A stretch of DNA of 32,000 nucleotides, from assembly GCF_002945325.1 (NCBI RefSeq), contig NZ_CP026606.1, positions 1,410,001 to 1,442,000 of the forward strand. The letters are read 5' to 3'. The translations under genes and the position numbers were made by a program. Shown in pieces: positions 9,193 to 17,354 of this stretch. The notes under the pieces were generated by a model. That model made no database searches, was not told the origin of the DNA, and saw only the letters and a list, made by a program, of their open reading frames with translations. This stretch comes from Methanococcus maripaludis. Its GTDB lineage: Archaea > AGJL01 > Methanococci > Methanococcales > Methanococcaceae. Positions within the stretch are counted from its first letter, which is position 1. Every line of letters starts with the position of its first letter.

Positions 9193-9993
9193 ATGGAAAC
9201 CCTAATTTTTTTTATTTTAATTTTACTAATTTCAGCAAATTTTTCAAGGTTCTCATCTGAAGACGATTCAAAAGACGAAAAAAACATTTTTGAACCAGTA
9301 ATTTTGATTCACGATGTTAGCCCTGTTTATTTAGAAGATTTAAAGGAAATTGATGAAGTAATTAGTAAATATGGGTATCCCAAAAGAACGTATCTTTTTT
9401 TAATAGTTAATCATGCAAATGAATATCCTTTAGAAGAAAATCAAGATTTCGTTAAATATGTTAGATATCTTCAAACAAAAGGATATAATGTTGAATTACA
9501 CGGGTACGACCATATTGGATGCGAATTTAATTGTAATTGTACCCTTGCAACGGAAAAAATAGAAAAATCGCTTGAAATATTAAATGGTTTAAAAATTGAC
9601 GGTATTTCATGTATCCTTCCGCCAAGATATGGGATTTCTGAAGATTCAAAAAAAGCAATGCTTAAAAAGGGTTTTTCTATAATTGTTGGGCAATATGCTT
9701 TTGAAGTGGATAATGGTACAGTTTATACATATAATATTACAAATAAGGAATATACTTGGTATCTTGAAGAAAATAATACATTAAATGAAGTAGATATTGC
9801 TAAAAAAGAATATTTGGAGTCGGAATACAAATATTTCCTTTCAATACATCCAAAAGCCGTAAATTATGGCGGAGGTATTGAATTTTTGGATGAATTTTTG
9901 AATTTTACAAAAGAAGAAAACAGGTTTGATTCTAAAAATCCAAAAAAAGATATTTATTCTTATTTTGGAATTAAAAAAATAGATTTTAGTTAA
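9193..9993 (+). CDS. Secreted or membrane-anchored protein, DUF2334 / polysaccharide-deacetylase-like
   Basis: The N-terminal hydrophobic segment LIFFILILLISANF looks like a signal peptide or anchor. VILIHDVSPVY and ELHGYDH resemble the DUF2334 metal-site motifs from memory. The start could instead be TTG 9187. The function call is weak. Confidence 0.45.
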   Translation: METLIFFILILLISANFSRFSSEDDSKDEKNIFEPVILIHDVSPVYLEDLKEIDEVISKYGYPKRTYLFLIVNHANEYPLEENQDFVKYVRYLQTKGYNVELHGYDHIGCEFNCNCTLATEKIEKSLEILNGLKIDGISCILPPRYGISEDSKKAMLKKGFSIIVGQYAFEVDNGTVYTYNITNKEYTWYLEENNTLNEVDIAKKEYLESEYKYFLSIHPKAVNYGGGIEFLDEFLNFTKEENRFDSKNPKKDIYSYFGIKKIDFS

Positions 9994-12425
9994 TTTTTAT
10001 ATGGATTTTCCATTTTTTTCTTTAATTTCTCGGATTCTTTCGCTATTTTTTTATTGTAAATATTACCAATTCTTTCAACCGCATCAAGGGTATTTATCGA
10101 TGTTTCAAGGTAGGAATAGATATCTCCGCTGTATGTTTGAAGTTTTAGGGTATCATGGATTATTTTTGATATTTGAAGCGGTGTTTTTTTGTTTATTCTT
10201 AAATTCAGAACTTTTTTGGAATTGTAGTTTATAATATCCTCTTCAATCAATCCATCAAATTCGATTAACCAAGGCAGAATTTCATCCCTTAAGGTTTTAT
10301 CTTTTATTTTTTCAAAATTTTCTTTTATTACTTCGAAAGCATCGGTAAATCTCGTTGGAATATTTACATTCGTGGTTTTTGAGATTTTATTTTTCAGGTT
10401 TGCAGGAATATATGCATTTTCAAAGGGTGAAATTGATACAACAATGTCGAGGGGATTTTTATGCAGATTTTTCCTTATTTTTTCAGCATCTTTAGGATAC
10501 AAAAATGAAATTGACGTTGCATAACCGTATCGAGTTGTATTTATGTTTTTGTTCTGCAAATCAAGCATTTGATAGCCCGAAAGTGATTCTAAAACATAAT
10601 TTAAACCCAAATTTTTACCAAGAACTGGAACTTTTGAAACATCAGGAATTGTAACTTTATTTTTGTAATTTTTAATTGAACATACGTTTGCTAAAACCTG
10701 TTCAAATTCTTCATCTTCGCTGTATTCTAATGAAACTTCTTCAGGTTCTGAATTTAGCAGTTTAAACGAAACTTCATCTTCAGAATTTTCCATTTTCGCG
10801 TGATATTTTTTACCAATTTCAACAAGGCTGTAAACTTTTCCTTTATCATGCATTCCTTTTCTTCCTGCTCTTCCGCACATCTGCTGGAATTCTGACGGGT
10901 TTAACCAATCTCCACCCATTGCAAGACTTTCTAAAACAACAGTGGACGCTGCAAAGTCCACACCTGCTGCAAGTGCGGCGGTAGTTACTACACACATTGT
11001 TTTCTGCTTTAGAAAATTATCTTCAACATTTCGCCTTTTAGAATACTCCATTCCACCGTGGTAATAATCTGACTTTATTCCTTTGGTATTTAGATAATTT
11101 GAGATATATTCTGCTCTTTTTCTTGAAAATGTAAATATTAAACTTTGCCCTCTAAATCCGTACTTTGATTTTGAGCTAAATTCCTGTTTAACAATATCTT
11201 TTACAAGATTTAACTTTCCGTAATCGTTTTTGGTAAAAATTAAATGTCTTTCAAGTGGAACTGGCCTTCCATTGTACAAAACAAGTTTTGATCCTAATTT
11301 TGAAGCTAATTCTTCTGGATTTCCAACAGTTGCAGAAAGATATATCATCTGACAGGTGAATAAATACCTTAATCGTCCGATAAGGCCGTCAAGACGTGCA
11401 CCACGTTCATCCATATTCATAGAGTGGACTTCATCAATTACAACGGTTCCAACATCTTTTAATTTTCCCGATCTTATCAAATAATCTATTCCTTCGTAGG
11501 TTCCAATTATTATGTCAGAATCAAGGCTTGAATTGATACCGCTTCCTTTATTTTCAGAAAGTCTTCCGGTTCCAACTCTTAAAGATACTGAATAACCTTC
11601 TTTTTCGTATCTATCTTTAAATTCAACATATTTTTGATTTGCAAGGGCAACTAATGGAACCAAAAATAAAAATTTACCCTTTTTTTCAGAAATATTTTTA
11701 ATTCCTGCAAGTTCTCCAATCAAAGTTTTTCCAGAAGACGTTGCAGAAGTAATTAATAAATTATCATTTTTTAAAAGCCCAGCTTTTACAGAAAGAGTCT
11801 GAACAGGAAGTAATTCATCGATTCCTCTATTTTTAATAATTTCTTTTAAAAAATCAGGAATATCCAGTTCATTTATTTCATAATTTTTTATATTGTCATC
11901 AACATTTCCTGTTAAAACGTCGTATTTTGTAAGTTCCGGATTTTTAAGTGGGTTTTTTGATTTGAAAAGTTCAATTACTTTATTTGCGTCTTTGAATCTT
12001 CTAAGTAATTTTTCAATAAACTCCTCATTGATATTTACTTCGTGTTTTACTTCGTCGATTGCACATTCAAGGCAGATCTCGCTGTTGTAAATTTTATATT
12101 TATCCGTGATCTCGCTAAATTTTCCTTTAATAATGCAAAAAGGGCATAAATCAATATATCCGTGTTTGATATTATTTTGTTTGAGGAATTCTTCTAATTT
12201 TAACGATTCTTCGTCCCCACTTAATAAAACTTTGTTTGATCTAACGAAATTTATCAATTTTGAAGGTTGTATCGGGTTTACATTTCCTGCTTTTTCTTCC
12301 CTACATTTGTAAAGTGTAATTCTATTGTTTGCAGGTCTTATTATCCCATAATAAGTCTTTTCATCGGTTAAATCAATAAATTGGATCTCTTCTTTCTTTT
12401 TCTTTAATTTTCTCACGATAATCAT
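9990..12425 (-). CDS. Ski2-like superfamily-2 DEAD/DEAH helicase with an N-terminal Cys4 zinc ribbon (ASH-Ski2 / Eta type)
   Basis: 811 aa. Motif I SATSSGKT, motif II DEVH, motif III SAT and motif VI QMCGRAGRKG are present. The roughly 200-aa N-terminal extension contains CPFC-x20-CLEC (Cys94, 97, 118, 121; nt about 12063-12146). Confidence 0.85.
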   Translation of the reverse strand: MIIVRKLKKKKEEIQFIDLTDEKTYYGIIRPANNRITLYKCREEKAGNVNPIQPSKLINFVRSNKVLLSGDEESLKLEEFLKQNNIKHGYIDLCPFCIIKGKFSEITDKYKIYNSEICLECAIDEVKHEVNINEEFIEKLLRRFKDANKVIELFKSKNPLKNPELTKYDVLTGNVDDNIKNYEINELDIPDFLKEIIKNRGIDELLPVQTLSVKAGLLKNDNLLITSATSSGKTLIGELAGIKNISEKKGKFLFLVPLVALANQKYVEFKDRYEKEGYSVSLRVGTGRLSENKGSGINSSLDSDIIIGTYEGIDYLIRSGKLKDVGTVVIDEVHSMNMDERGARLDGLIGRLRYLFTCQMIYLSATVGNPEELASKLGSKLVLYNGRPVPLERHLIFTKNDYGKLNLVKDIVKQEFSSKSKYGFRGQSLIFTFSRKRAEYISNYLNTKGIKSDYYHGGMEYSKRRNVEDNFLKQKTMCVVTTAALAAGVDFAASTVVLESLAMGGDWLNPSEFQQMCGRAGRKGMHDKGKVYSLVEIGKKYHAKMENSEDEVSFKLLNSEPEEVSLEYSEDEEFEQVLANVCSIKNYKNKVTIPDVSKVPVLGKNLGLNYVLESLSGYQMLDLQNKNINTTRYGYATSISFLYPKDAEKIRKNLHKNPLDIVVSISPFENAYIPANLKNKISKTTNVNIPTRFTDAFEVIKENFEKIKDKTLRDEILPWLIEFDGLIEEDIINYNSKKVLNLRINKKTPLQISKIIHDTLKLQTYSGDIYSYLETSINTLDAVERIGNIYNKKIAKESEKLKKKMENPYKN

Positions 12426-12537
12426 GGATTCACCAAATAATCACTAATAAAAACCATAAATTACAGATAATATTATAAATCTATGAAAATGGTACAAAGC
12501 TATATAATTTAAAGGTATATAATAAAATGGTGGTAAA

Positions 12538-12741
12538 ATGTCTGTTGCTTTAAAGAAGTTTTTTTCGAAACGGGGCCAATTGAGTCTTGAATTTTCAGTG
12601 CTGGTTCTTGCGGTCATTACAGCGGCAATTCTTTTAGGATATCACTTGATTGTAAGTTCAAAAGCAGTTCAGGAATCAAATATTGACACGATCAATAATA
12701 CTCACAACACGGCAATAGATGCTTTAAGTGAAGTTAGTTAA
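12538..12741 (+). CDS. Class III signal peptide protein (archaeal type IV pilin-like, DUF361 type)
   Basis: 67 aa. A basic N-terminus KKFFSKRG is followed by QLSLEFSVL, an exact match to the QxSxExxxL motif of EppA-processed Methanococcus prepilins. A hydrophobic helix [14 protein letters not shown] follows. A GGTGG Shine-Dalgarno lies upstream. Confidence 0.75.
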   Translation: MSVALKKFFSKRGQLSLEFSVLVLAVITAAILLGYHLIVSSKAVQESNIDTINNTHNTAIDALSEVS

Positions 12742-12778
12742 ACAATTAAAGTTAAAAAATATTAATAATCGGGATAAT

Positions 12779-13330
12779 ATGAAGTTAATTGGAATTACTG
12801 GAATGCCAGGATCTGGAAAAAGTGCAATTACGAAATTAGCGGAAAAATATAAGATAATAACTGTTTCAATGGGCGATGTTGTAAGGCACGAAACATTAAA
12901 ACAAGGAATACCATTAAATCCTGAAAATGTCGGAAATACGGCAGTAAAACTTCGAGAAATTCATGGAAAAGAAGCAATTGCTGTTCCATGTCTTGAATAT
13001 ATCCATGAAAAATACGAAGATGAGGATTTTGTTGTAATTGAGGGAATAAGAAGTATTTATGAAGTCAATTACCTTAAAAAAAATGCCAAACTCGATATTA
13101 TTGCAATTCACTCTTCACCAAAAACCAGATTTGAACGATTATCTGGTAGAAACCGTGAAGATGATTCAAATGACTGGAATACTTTCGTTGAACGCGATGA
13201 ACGAGAATTGAATTTTTCAATTGGTAATGTAATATCACTTGCAGATTACATGGTTGTAAACGAAGGAAATTACATGGATTTTATGCACGACCTTGAAAAC
13301 ACGTTTAAAAAAATAATTAACGTGAATTAA
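12779..13330 (+). CDS. P-loop nucleotide-kinase-like protein (UPF0200 family, dephospho-CoA-kinase-like fold)
   Basis: [15 protein letters not shown] is a Walker A motif at the extreme N-terminus, typical of this family. I prefer ATG 12779 over the track's GTG 12728, which would overlap the pilin-like gene. Confidence 0.7.
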   Translation: MKLIGITGMPGSGKSAITKLAEKYKIITVSMGDVVRHETLKQGIPLNPENVGNTAVKLREIHGKEAIAVPCLEYIHEKYEDEDFVVIEGIRSIYEVNYLKKNAKLDIIAIHSSPKTRFERLSGRNREDDSNDWNTFVERDERELNFSIGNVISLADYMVVNEGNYMDFMHDLENTFKKIINVN

Positions 13331-13384
13331 CTTTTAAATGTGCAATTTAATCCCATTTTTTTAAGTTATTTTTAAAATATATCT

Positions 13385-13891
13385 TTAATTCTTACTTTTT
13401 TGATAGTTTTCTGAGAGTTCATCTAATTTATCTCCCGTTAATCTATAAATTAACCAGTTATCAACGGGAATTGCGCCCATTTTTTCGTAGAATTTTCTTG
13501 CAGGGTTCCAGTCTAAAACTACCCAGTCAATTCTTCCGCAATTCCTTTCTGTTGCAAGATTTGATAAATATTCAAATATATTTCTTCCAATGCCCATTCC
13601 TCTAAATTCTTCTTTAATGTAGAGGTCTTCGATATAAATTCCAGGTTTTCCAAGGAATGTTGAAAAATTATGGAAAAATAAAACGAATCCCGCAGGTTTT
13701 GAATCTGCTTCAACAATCAATGTTTCAGCGTACTGTTTCTTTCCAAATAGTGATTCTTTTATTATTTCTTCTGTAGCAGTAACATGGTCTTCTAAGTTTT
13801 CGTATTTTGCAAGTTCTTTGATAAATTTAAAGATTAAAGGAACATCGGAAACTGTTGTTGGTCTGATATTAATTTTTAAATTAGTATTCAC
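13385..13891 (-). CDS. GNAT-family N-acetyltransferase (diamine/spermidine acetyltransferase-like)
   Basis: IRPTTVSDVPLIFKFIKELAKYE is an SSAT-like opening, and FRGMGIGRNIFEYL is the acetyl-CoA binding motif A. I prefer the in-frame GTG at 13891 (MNTNLKINIRP...). The track's ATG at 14002 adds 37 non-conserved residues and overlaps the divergent gene. Confidence 0.8.
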   Translation of the reverse strand: MNTNLKINIRPTTVSDVPLIFKFIKELAKYENLEDHVTATEEIIKESLFGKKQYAETLIVEADSKPAGFVLFFHNFSTFLGKPGIYIEDLYIKEEFRGMGIGRNIFEYLSNLATERNCGRIDWVVLDWNPARKFYEKMGAIPVDNWLIYRLTGDKLDELSENYQKSKN

Positions 13892-13962
13892 AGTAACACC
13901 ATCAAAAGATTTTAATAAACAGTTTAATTCTATATACTTAAAAAATATAAAAAAGGTAGGGT

Positions 13963-14301
13963 ATGAAACAGTATTTGCCAGTTTTACTGCTCGTTTTATC
14001 AAATATTTTCATGACTTTTGCGTGGTATGGTCATTTAAAGTATAAAATGTCTCCACTTTGGATCGTTATACTGGTAAGTTGGGGGATTGCATTTTTTGAG
14101 TACTGCTTGCAGGTTCCAGCAAACAGGATCGGCTCAAACTACTTTACACCCGCACAGCTAAAAGTAATTCAAGAAATAATAACTCTTGTAATATTCAGTA
14201 TTTTTTCAGTACTGTATCTAAAAGAAGAATTTCGGTGGAATTACGCAGTAGGATTCTTTTTTATAATCCTTGCAGCCGTTTTTATCTTTAAAAAATGGTA
14301 A
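13963..14301 (+). CDS. Small DMT-superfamily membrane protein (DUF486-like)
   Basis: 112 aa with about four predicted hydrophobic helices. The opening MKQYLPVLLLVLSNIFMTFAWYGHLKY matches my memory of the DUF486 family. An AGGTAGGG Shine-Dalgarno lies upstream. Confidence 0.65.
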   Translation: MKQYLPVLLLVLSNIFMTFAWYGHLKYKMSPLWIVILVSWGIAFFEYCLQVPANRIGSNYFTPAQLKVIQEIITLVIFSIFSVLYLKEEFRWNYAVGFFFIILAAVFIFKKW

Positions 14302-14372
14302 TCTTTTAAATTTTTTAATAATAATTTTAAAAAAGTGTAAATACTTCTTAAATTTTATTTTTAAAATGTTGA

Positions 14373-14447
14373 CGAGCCCGGAGGGATTTGAACCCCCGAC
14401 CACAGGGTCCGAAGCCCTGTATTCTATCCAAGCTAAACCACGGGCCC
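14373..14447 (-). tRNA. tRNA-Arg (anticodon UCG)
   Basis: The reverse complement folds as a cloverleaf. Acceptor GGGCCCG/CGGGCTC (one G-U pair), anticodon stem CAGGG/CCCTG with loop CTTCGGA, T arm GGGGG-TTCAAAT-CCCTC, discriminator G. 75 nt. Confidence 0.9.
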
Positions 14448-14498
14448 AAACTTATATATCATTTTAAGAAGTACTTTTCAATATAATTTATTATATAG

Positions 14499-14511
14499 TA
14501 TATAAATCTTT
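14499..14511 (-). promoter_or_regulatory. Candidate box A/TATA promoter for tRNA-Arg
   Basis: The minus strand reads AAAGATTTATATA, an exact match to AAANNTTTATATA, 51 nt upstream of the tRNA 5' end. That leader length is similar to the tRNA-Gly unit. The same TATATAAA could also serve the plus-strand crcB gene. Confidence 0.4.
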
Positions 14512-14547
14512 TAGTTAGGCAGACTAATATGGCTATTTGGTGATTTT

Positions 14548-14916
14548 TTGAGAGAAATTCTACTTATCGGCCTTGGTGGATTTTTCGGGGCGATATTAAG
14601 GTATCTCGTTAGCGGCATAATTCCCGTAAAATTTGGGATTCCAACAGGTACTCTTATGGTAAATCTTTTGGGAAGTTTTATTATTGGCTTTTTAATATAC
14701 TCTTCATTATTTGGGTCATTATCTACTGAATACAGGTTATTTATAATAACCGGGTTTTGCGGGGCTCTTACTACGTTTTCTACATTTAGTTACGAGTCAT
14801 TTACTATGTTAGAACATAATTATTATTTAAAAACAGGATTAAACATTTTATTAAATGTTTTTGGATGTTTGGGAATGGTATATCTTGGAAGACTCGCATC
14901 AATGTTTTTCTGGTGA
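14548..14916 (+). CDS. crcB: Fluoride ion channel CrcB/FluC
   Basis: 122 aa with four hydrophobic helices. LGGFFGAILRY and GFCGALTTFSTFS are the two conserved CrcB signature segments. TTG start preceded by GGTGA. Confidence 0.85.
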   Translation: MREILLIGLGGFFGAILRYLVSGIIPVKFGIPTGTLMVNLLGSFIIGFLIYSSLFGSLSTEYRLFIITGFCGALTTFSTFSYESFTMLEHNYYLKTGLNILLNVFGCLGMVYLGRLASMFFW

Positions 14917-14920
14917 TTTA

Positions 14921-15250
14921 ATGAAAAAAATATCTGCAAAACTTCTCAGGATTTATTTAAAAGAAGAAGATAGGTATGGAAAAGAACTACTCATCAATTC
15001 AATAATAAAAACCCTAAAAAATAATGGGATTGCGGGCGCAACGGTTTTTAAAGGATTTTGTGGCTACGGAACAAGGGGCATTTCTAGAATTGATATACTG
15101 AGACTCTCAATGAACCTTCCAGCAGTAATTGAATGTATCGATTACGAGGAAAAATTAAACGATATAATGCCAAAACTTGTTGAAATGGTTTCAGAAAACG
15201 GCCTTATAACAATACAGGACATTGATGTATTCAAGGAATTAAAAAAATAA
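14921..15250 (+). CDS. DUF190 (PII-like fold) protein commonly paired with crcB
   Basis: MKKISAKLLRIYLKEEDRYGKELL...GIAGATVFKGFCGYGTRG matches the DUF190 pattern. ATG 14921 lies 4 nt after the crcB stop, with GGTGA upstream. The track's earlier start at 14855 overlaps crcB and is unlikely. Confidence 0.75.
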   Translation: MKKISAKLLRIYLKEEDRYGKELLINSIIKTLKNNGIAGATVFKGFCGYGTRGISRIDILRLSMNLPAVIECIDYEEKLNDIMPKLVEMVSENGLITIQDIDVFKELKK

Positions 15251-15272
15251 TATTTAGGTATCTGGTGATTTT

Positions 15273-16892
15273 ATGATAACAGATGTACTCATAATTGGTG
15301 GCGGGGGTGCTGCAGCAAGGGCTGCAATAGAATGCGGACAGAAAAATGTTGTAATTGCTTCAAAAGGCCTTTTTGGAAAAAGTGGATGCACAGTAATGGC
15401 TGAAGGTGGGTACAATGCAGTATTGAACGAAAAAGATTCGTTTGAAAAACACTATTCTGACACGATGAAGGGTGGGGGATACATAAACAATAAAAAACTC
15501 GTAGACGTTTTGGTAAAAAATGCACCAAATGAATTTAAAAACTTGGAAAAATTTGGATGTATTTTTGATAGGTCTGAAAGTGCAGAATTTGCACAAAGAC
15601 CCTTTGGAGGACAGAGTTTTAATAGAACTTGCTACAGTGGGGACAGGACAGGCCACGAAATGATTGCAGGATTGATGGAGTATTTAAACAAATTTGAGCG
15701 CATAAAAATTTTAGAAGACACGATGGCAATAAAATTAATTGTCGATGAAGTTGAAGAAAACGGAAAAAAACTCAAAAAATGTTTTGGGGCAGTATTTTTA
15801 GATTTATTAAATGGAGATATTTATCCAGTATATGCAAAATCAACAATTCTTGCAACTGGCGGGGCAGGCCAAATTTACCCTATAACATCAAACCCTAAAC
15901 AAAAAGTTGGGGATGGATTTGCAATTGCTTATCGTGAAGGGGTCGAACTAGTCGACATGGAAATGGTTCAGTTTCACCCAACAGGAATGCTTGGAACTGG
16001 AATTTTAGTAACCGAAGCTGTGAGGGGCGAAGGCGGAATTTTATACAATAAAAATAAAGAAAGATTCATGAAAAACTACGATTCAAAAAGAATGGAATTA
16101 TCCACAAGGGACGTAGTTGCTAAAGCAATATATAACGAAATTCAGGAAGGAAGAGGAATTGATGGTGGAGTTTATCTGGACGTAACTCATTTAGAACCAG
16201 AAGTTATCAAAGAAAAACTCGAAACAATGTTTTCACAGTTCATGCTTGTTGGCGTGGATATTAGAAAAGAGCCGATGAAAGTAGCTCCAACAGCACACCA
16301 CTTTATGGGTGGAATTAAGATAAATGAAAATTGTGAAACAAATATTTCAGGATTATTTGCATGCGGGGAAGTTGCAGGTGGACTTCACGGTGCAAACAGG
16401 CTTGGCGGTAATGCACTTGCTGAAACACAAGTTTTTGGATCAATTGCTGGAAGAAATGCTTTAATTTATGCTGAAGAGAAAGTTGATATTTCAAAAGTAT
16501 ATAATTCAGTTGAAAAATACATTGAAAAATTGAAAAATACAGTTAATGAGTCTAATTCTGGGGATAACGTATATTCATTAATTGATGAATTAAAAAATAC
16601 TATGTGGGATTTTGTTTCTATTTCAAGAGATGAAAACGGGTTAAAAACTGCCCTTGAAAAAATAAATGAAATCGATGGAAAAAAAGTTTTGATAAATGGA
16701 ATAGTTGACTTTTCAAAAAAATTAGAACTTGAAAACATGATTTTGGTTTCAAAAATTGTTATAAATTCAGCAATCCTTAGAAAAGAGACCCGTGGGGCAC
16801 ATTTTAGAAGCGATTGCCCCAAAACAAATGATAAATGCACTGGAAACTTTGTAGCAGTTGACGGAAAAATTAAATTTATAAAAATTGAATAG
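15273..16892 (+). CDS. tfrA: Fumarate reductase/succinate dehydrogenase-type flavoprotein; thiol:fumarate reductase subunit A-like
   Basis: The N-terminal FAD fold DVLIIGGGGAAARAAIE is present, along with VQFHPTG, GGLHGANRLGGNAL and ETRGAHFRSD. These are the catalytic and FAD motifs of the Frd/Sdh flavoprotein family. In methanogens this family member is TfrA. Confidence 0.75.
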   Translation: MITDVLIIGGGGAAARAAIECGQKNVVIASKGLFGKSGCTVMAEGGYNAVLNEKDSFEKHYSDTMKGGGYINNKKLVDVLVKNAPNEFKNLEKFGCIFDRSESAEFAQRPFGGQSFNRTCYSGDRTGHEMIAGLMEYLNKFERIKILEDTMAIKLIVDEVEENGKKLKKCFGAVFLDLLNGDIYPVYAKSTILATGGAGQIYPITSNPKQKVGDGFAIAYREGVELVDMEMVQFHPTGMLGTGILVTEAVRGEGGILYNKNKERFMKNYDSKRMELSTRDVVAKAIYNEIQEGRGIDGGVYLDVTHLEPEVIKEKLETMFSQFMLVGVDIRKEPMKVAPTAHHFMGGIKINENCETNISGLFACGEVAGGLHGANRLGGNALAETQVFGSIAGRNALIYAEEKVDISKVYNSVEKYIEKLKNTVNESNSGDNVYSLIDELKNTMWDFVSISRDENGLKTALEKINEIDGKKVLINGIVDFSKKLELENMILVSKIVINSAILRKETRGAHFRSDCPKTNDKCTGNFVAVDGKIKFIKIE

Positions 16893-16907
16893 ATTACTTT
16901 TTTGTTT

Positions 16908-17354
16908 TTAGTCTGTTGAAATGATTAGTTTATCGGAATTTAATGAATCATAACTGAAAAAGTCTGTTTTTGATGTTGCTTTTATTGTTTTATTTTCAGA
17001 ATTTAAAATGAGAATATTTATCGATGAACCGAATTTATCTTCATTTTTAAACGTCCATTTAAGATATGTTTCCGAAATATTGTATTTTTCGTTAAATATC
17101 GTAGTATTTTTTGGTTCTGGCCCATAAACAGTATTTATATATGTTGTACCGTTTGGAAGTACCATTTCCACAGTGGTTGTTCCAAAATCACTCTTTTTAA
17201 TGACATCTACATCAATATTAATAATATCGCCCGTTTTTGGAGAATAATTGTCTGCAGATATGTTGATATACGTTTCAGGCAGTACAAACAAAGTCATTAC
17301 AATTATTGCGAGAATTGCCACAAAAATTAAATTTTTAAAACTTATTTTATACAA
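16908..17354 (-). CDS. Hypothetical membrane-anchored or secreted protein
   Basis: 148 aa. An N-terminal hydrophobic helix LIFVAILAIIVMTLFVLP is followed by an Asn/Thr/Ser-rich, beta-strand-like sequence with several N-x-S/T sequons. TTG start with a GGGGG Shine-Dalgarno 9 nt upstream. I recognise no family. Confidence 0.5.
   Translation of the reverse strand: MYKISFKNLIFVAILAIIVMTLFVLPETYINISADNYSPKTGDIINIDVDVIKKSDFGTTTVEMVLPNGTTYINTVYGPEPKNTTIFNEKYNISETYLKWTFKNEDKFGSSINILILNSENKTIKATSKTDFFSYDSLNSDKLIISTD

Noticed and set aside
12728-12778. GTG start for the UPF0200 gene overlapping the pilin-like gene, and likewise 27686 for gatE, 25589 for UPF0489, 17562 for the regulator and 21263 for the oxidoreductase beta-gamma gene
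   Set aside because: In each case a downstream ATG coincides with the conserved family N-terminus and has a better-placed Shine-Dalgarno. The extended versions add non-conserved residues.
13892-14002. N-terminal 37-residue extension of the GNAT ORF (track start at 14002)
   Set aside because: The extension is non-conserved hydrophobic sequence and would overlap the start of the divergent DUF486 gene (13963). The in-frame GTG at 13891 gives the canonical GNAT N-terminus.
14218-14467. Two small ORFs (61 aa minus strand, 65 aa plus strand) around 14218-14467
   Set aside because: Both overlap the tRNA-Arg gene and the 3' end of the DUF486 gene. Their sequences are low-complexity Lys/Phe/Ile runs typical of AT-rich non-coding or out-of-frame DNA.
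14448-14547. Possible fluoride riboswitch upstream of crcB
   Set aside because: I could not find the conserved crcB-motif sequence or pseudoknot elements by eye. The region is almost pure AT with TATA-like boxes. A covariance-model scan is still needed for certainty.
14855-14920. Earlier start for the DUF190 ORF, overlapping the crcB 3' end by 62 nt
   Set aside because: The conserved DUF190 sequence begins at MKKISAKLLRIY (ATG 14921), which has its own GGTGA Shine-Dalgarno. The upstream portion is just the alternate frame of crcB.
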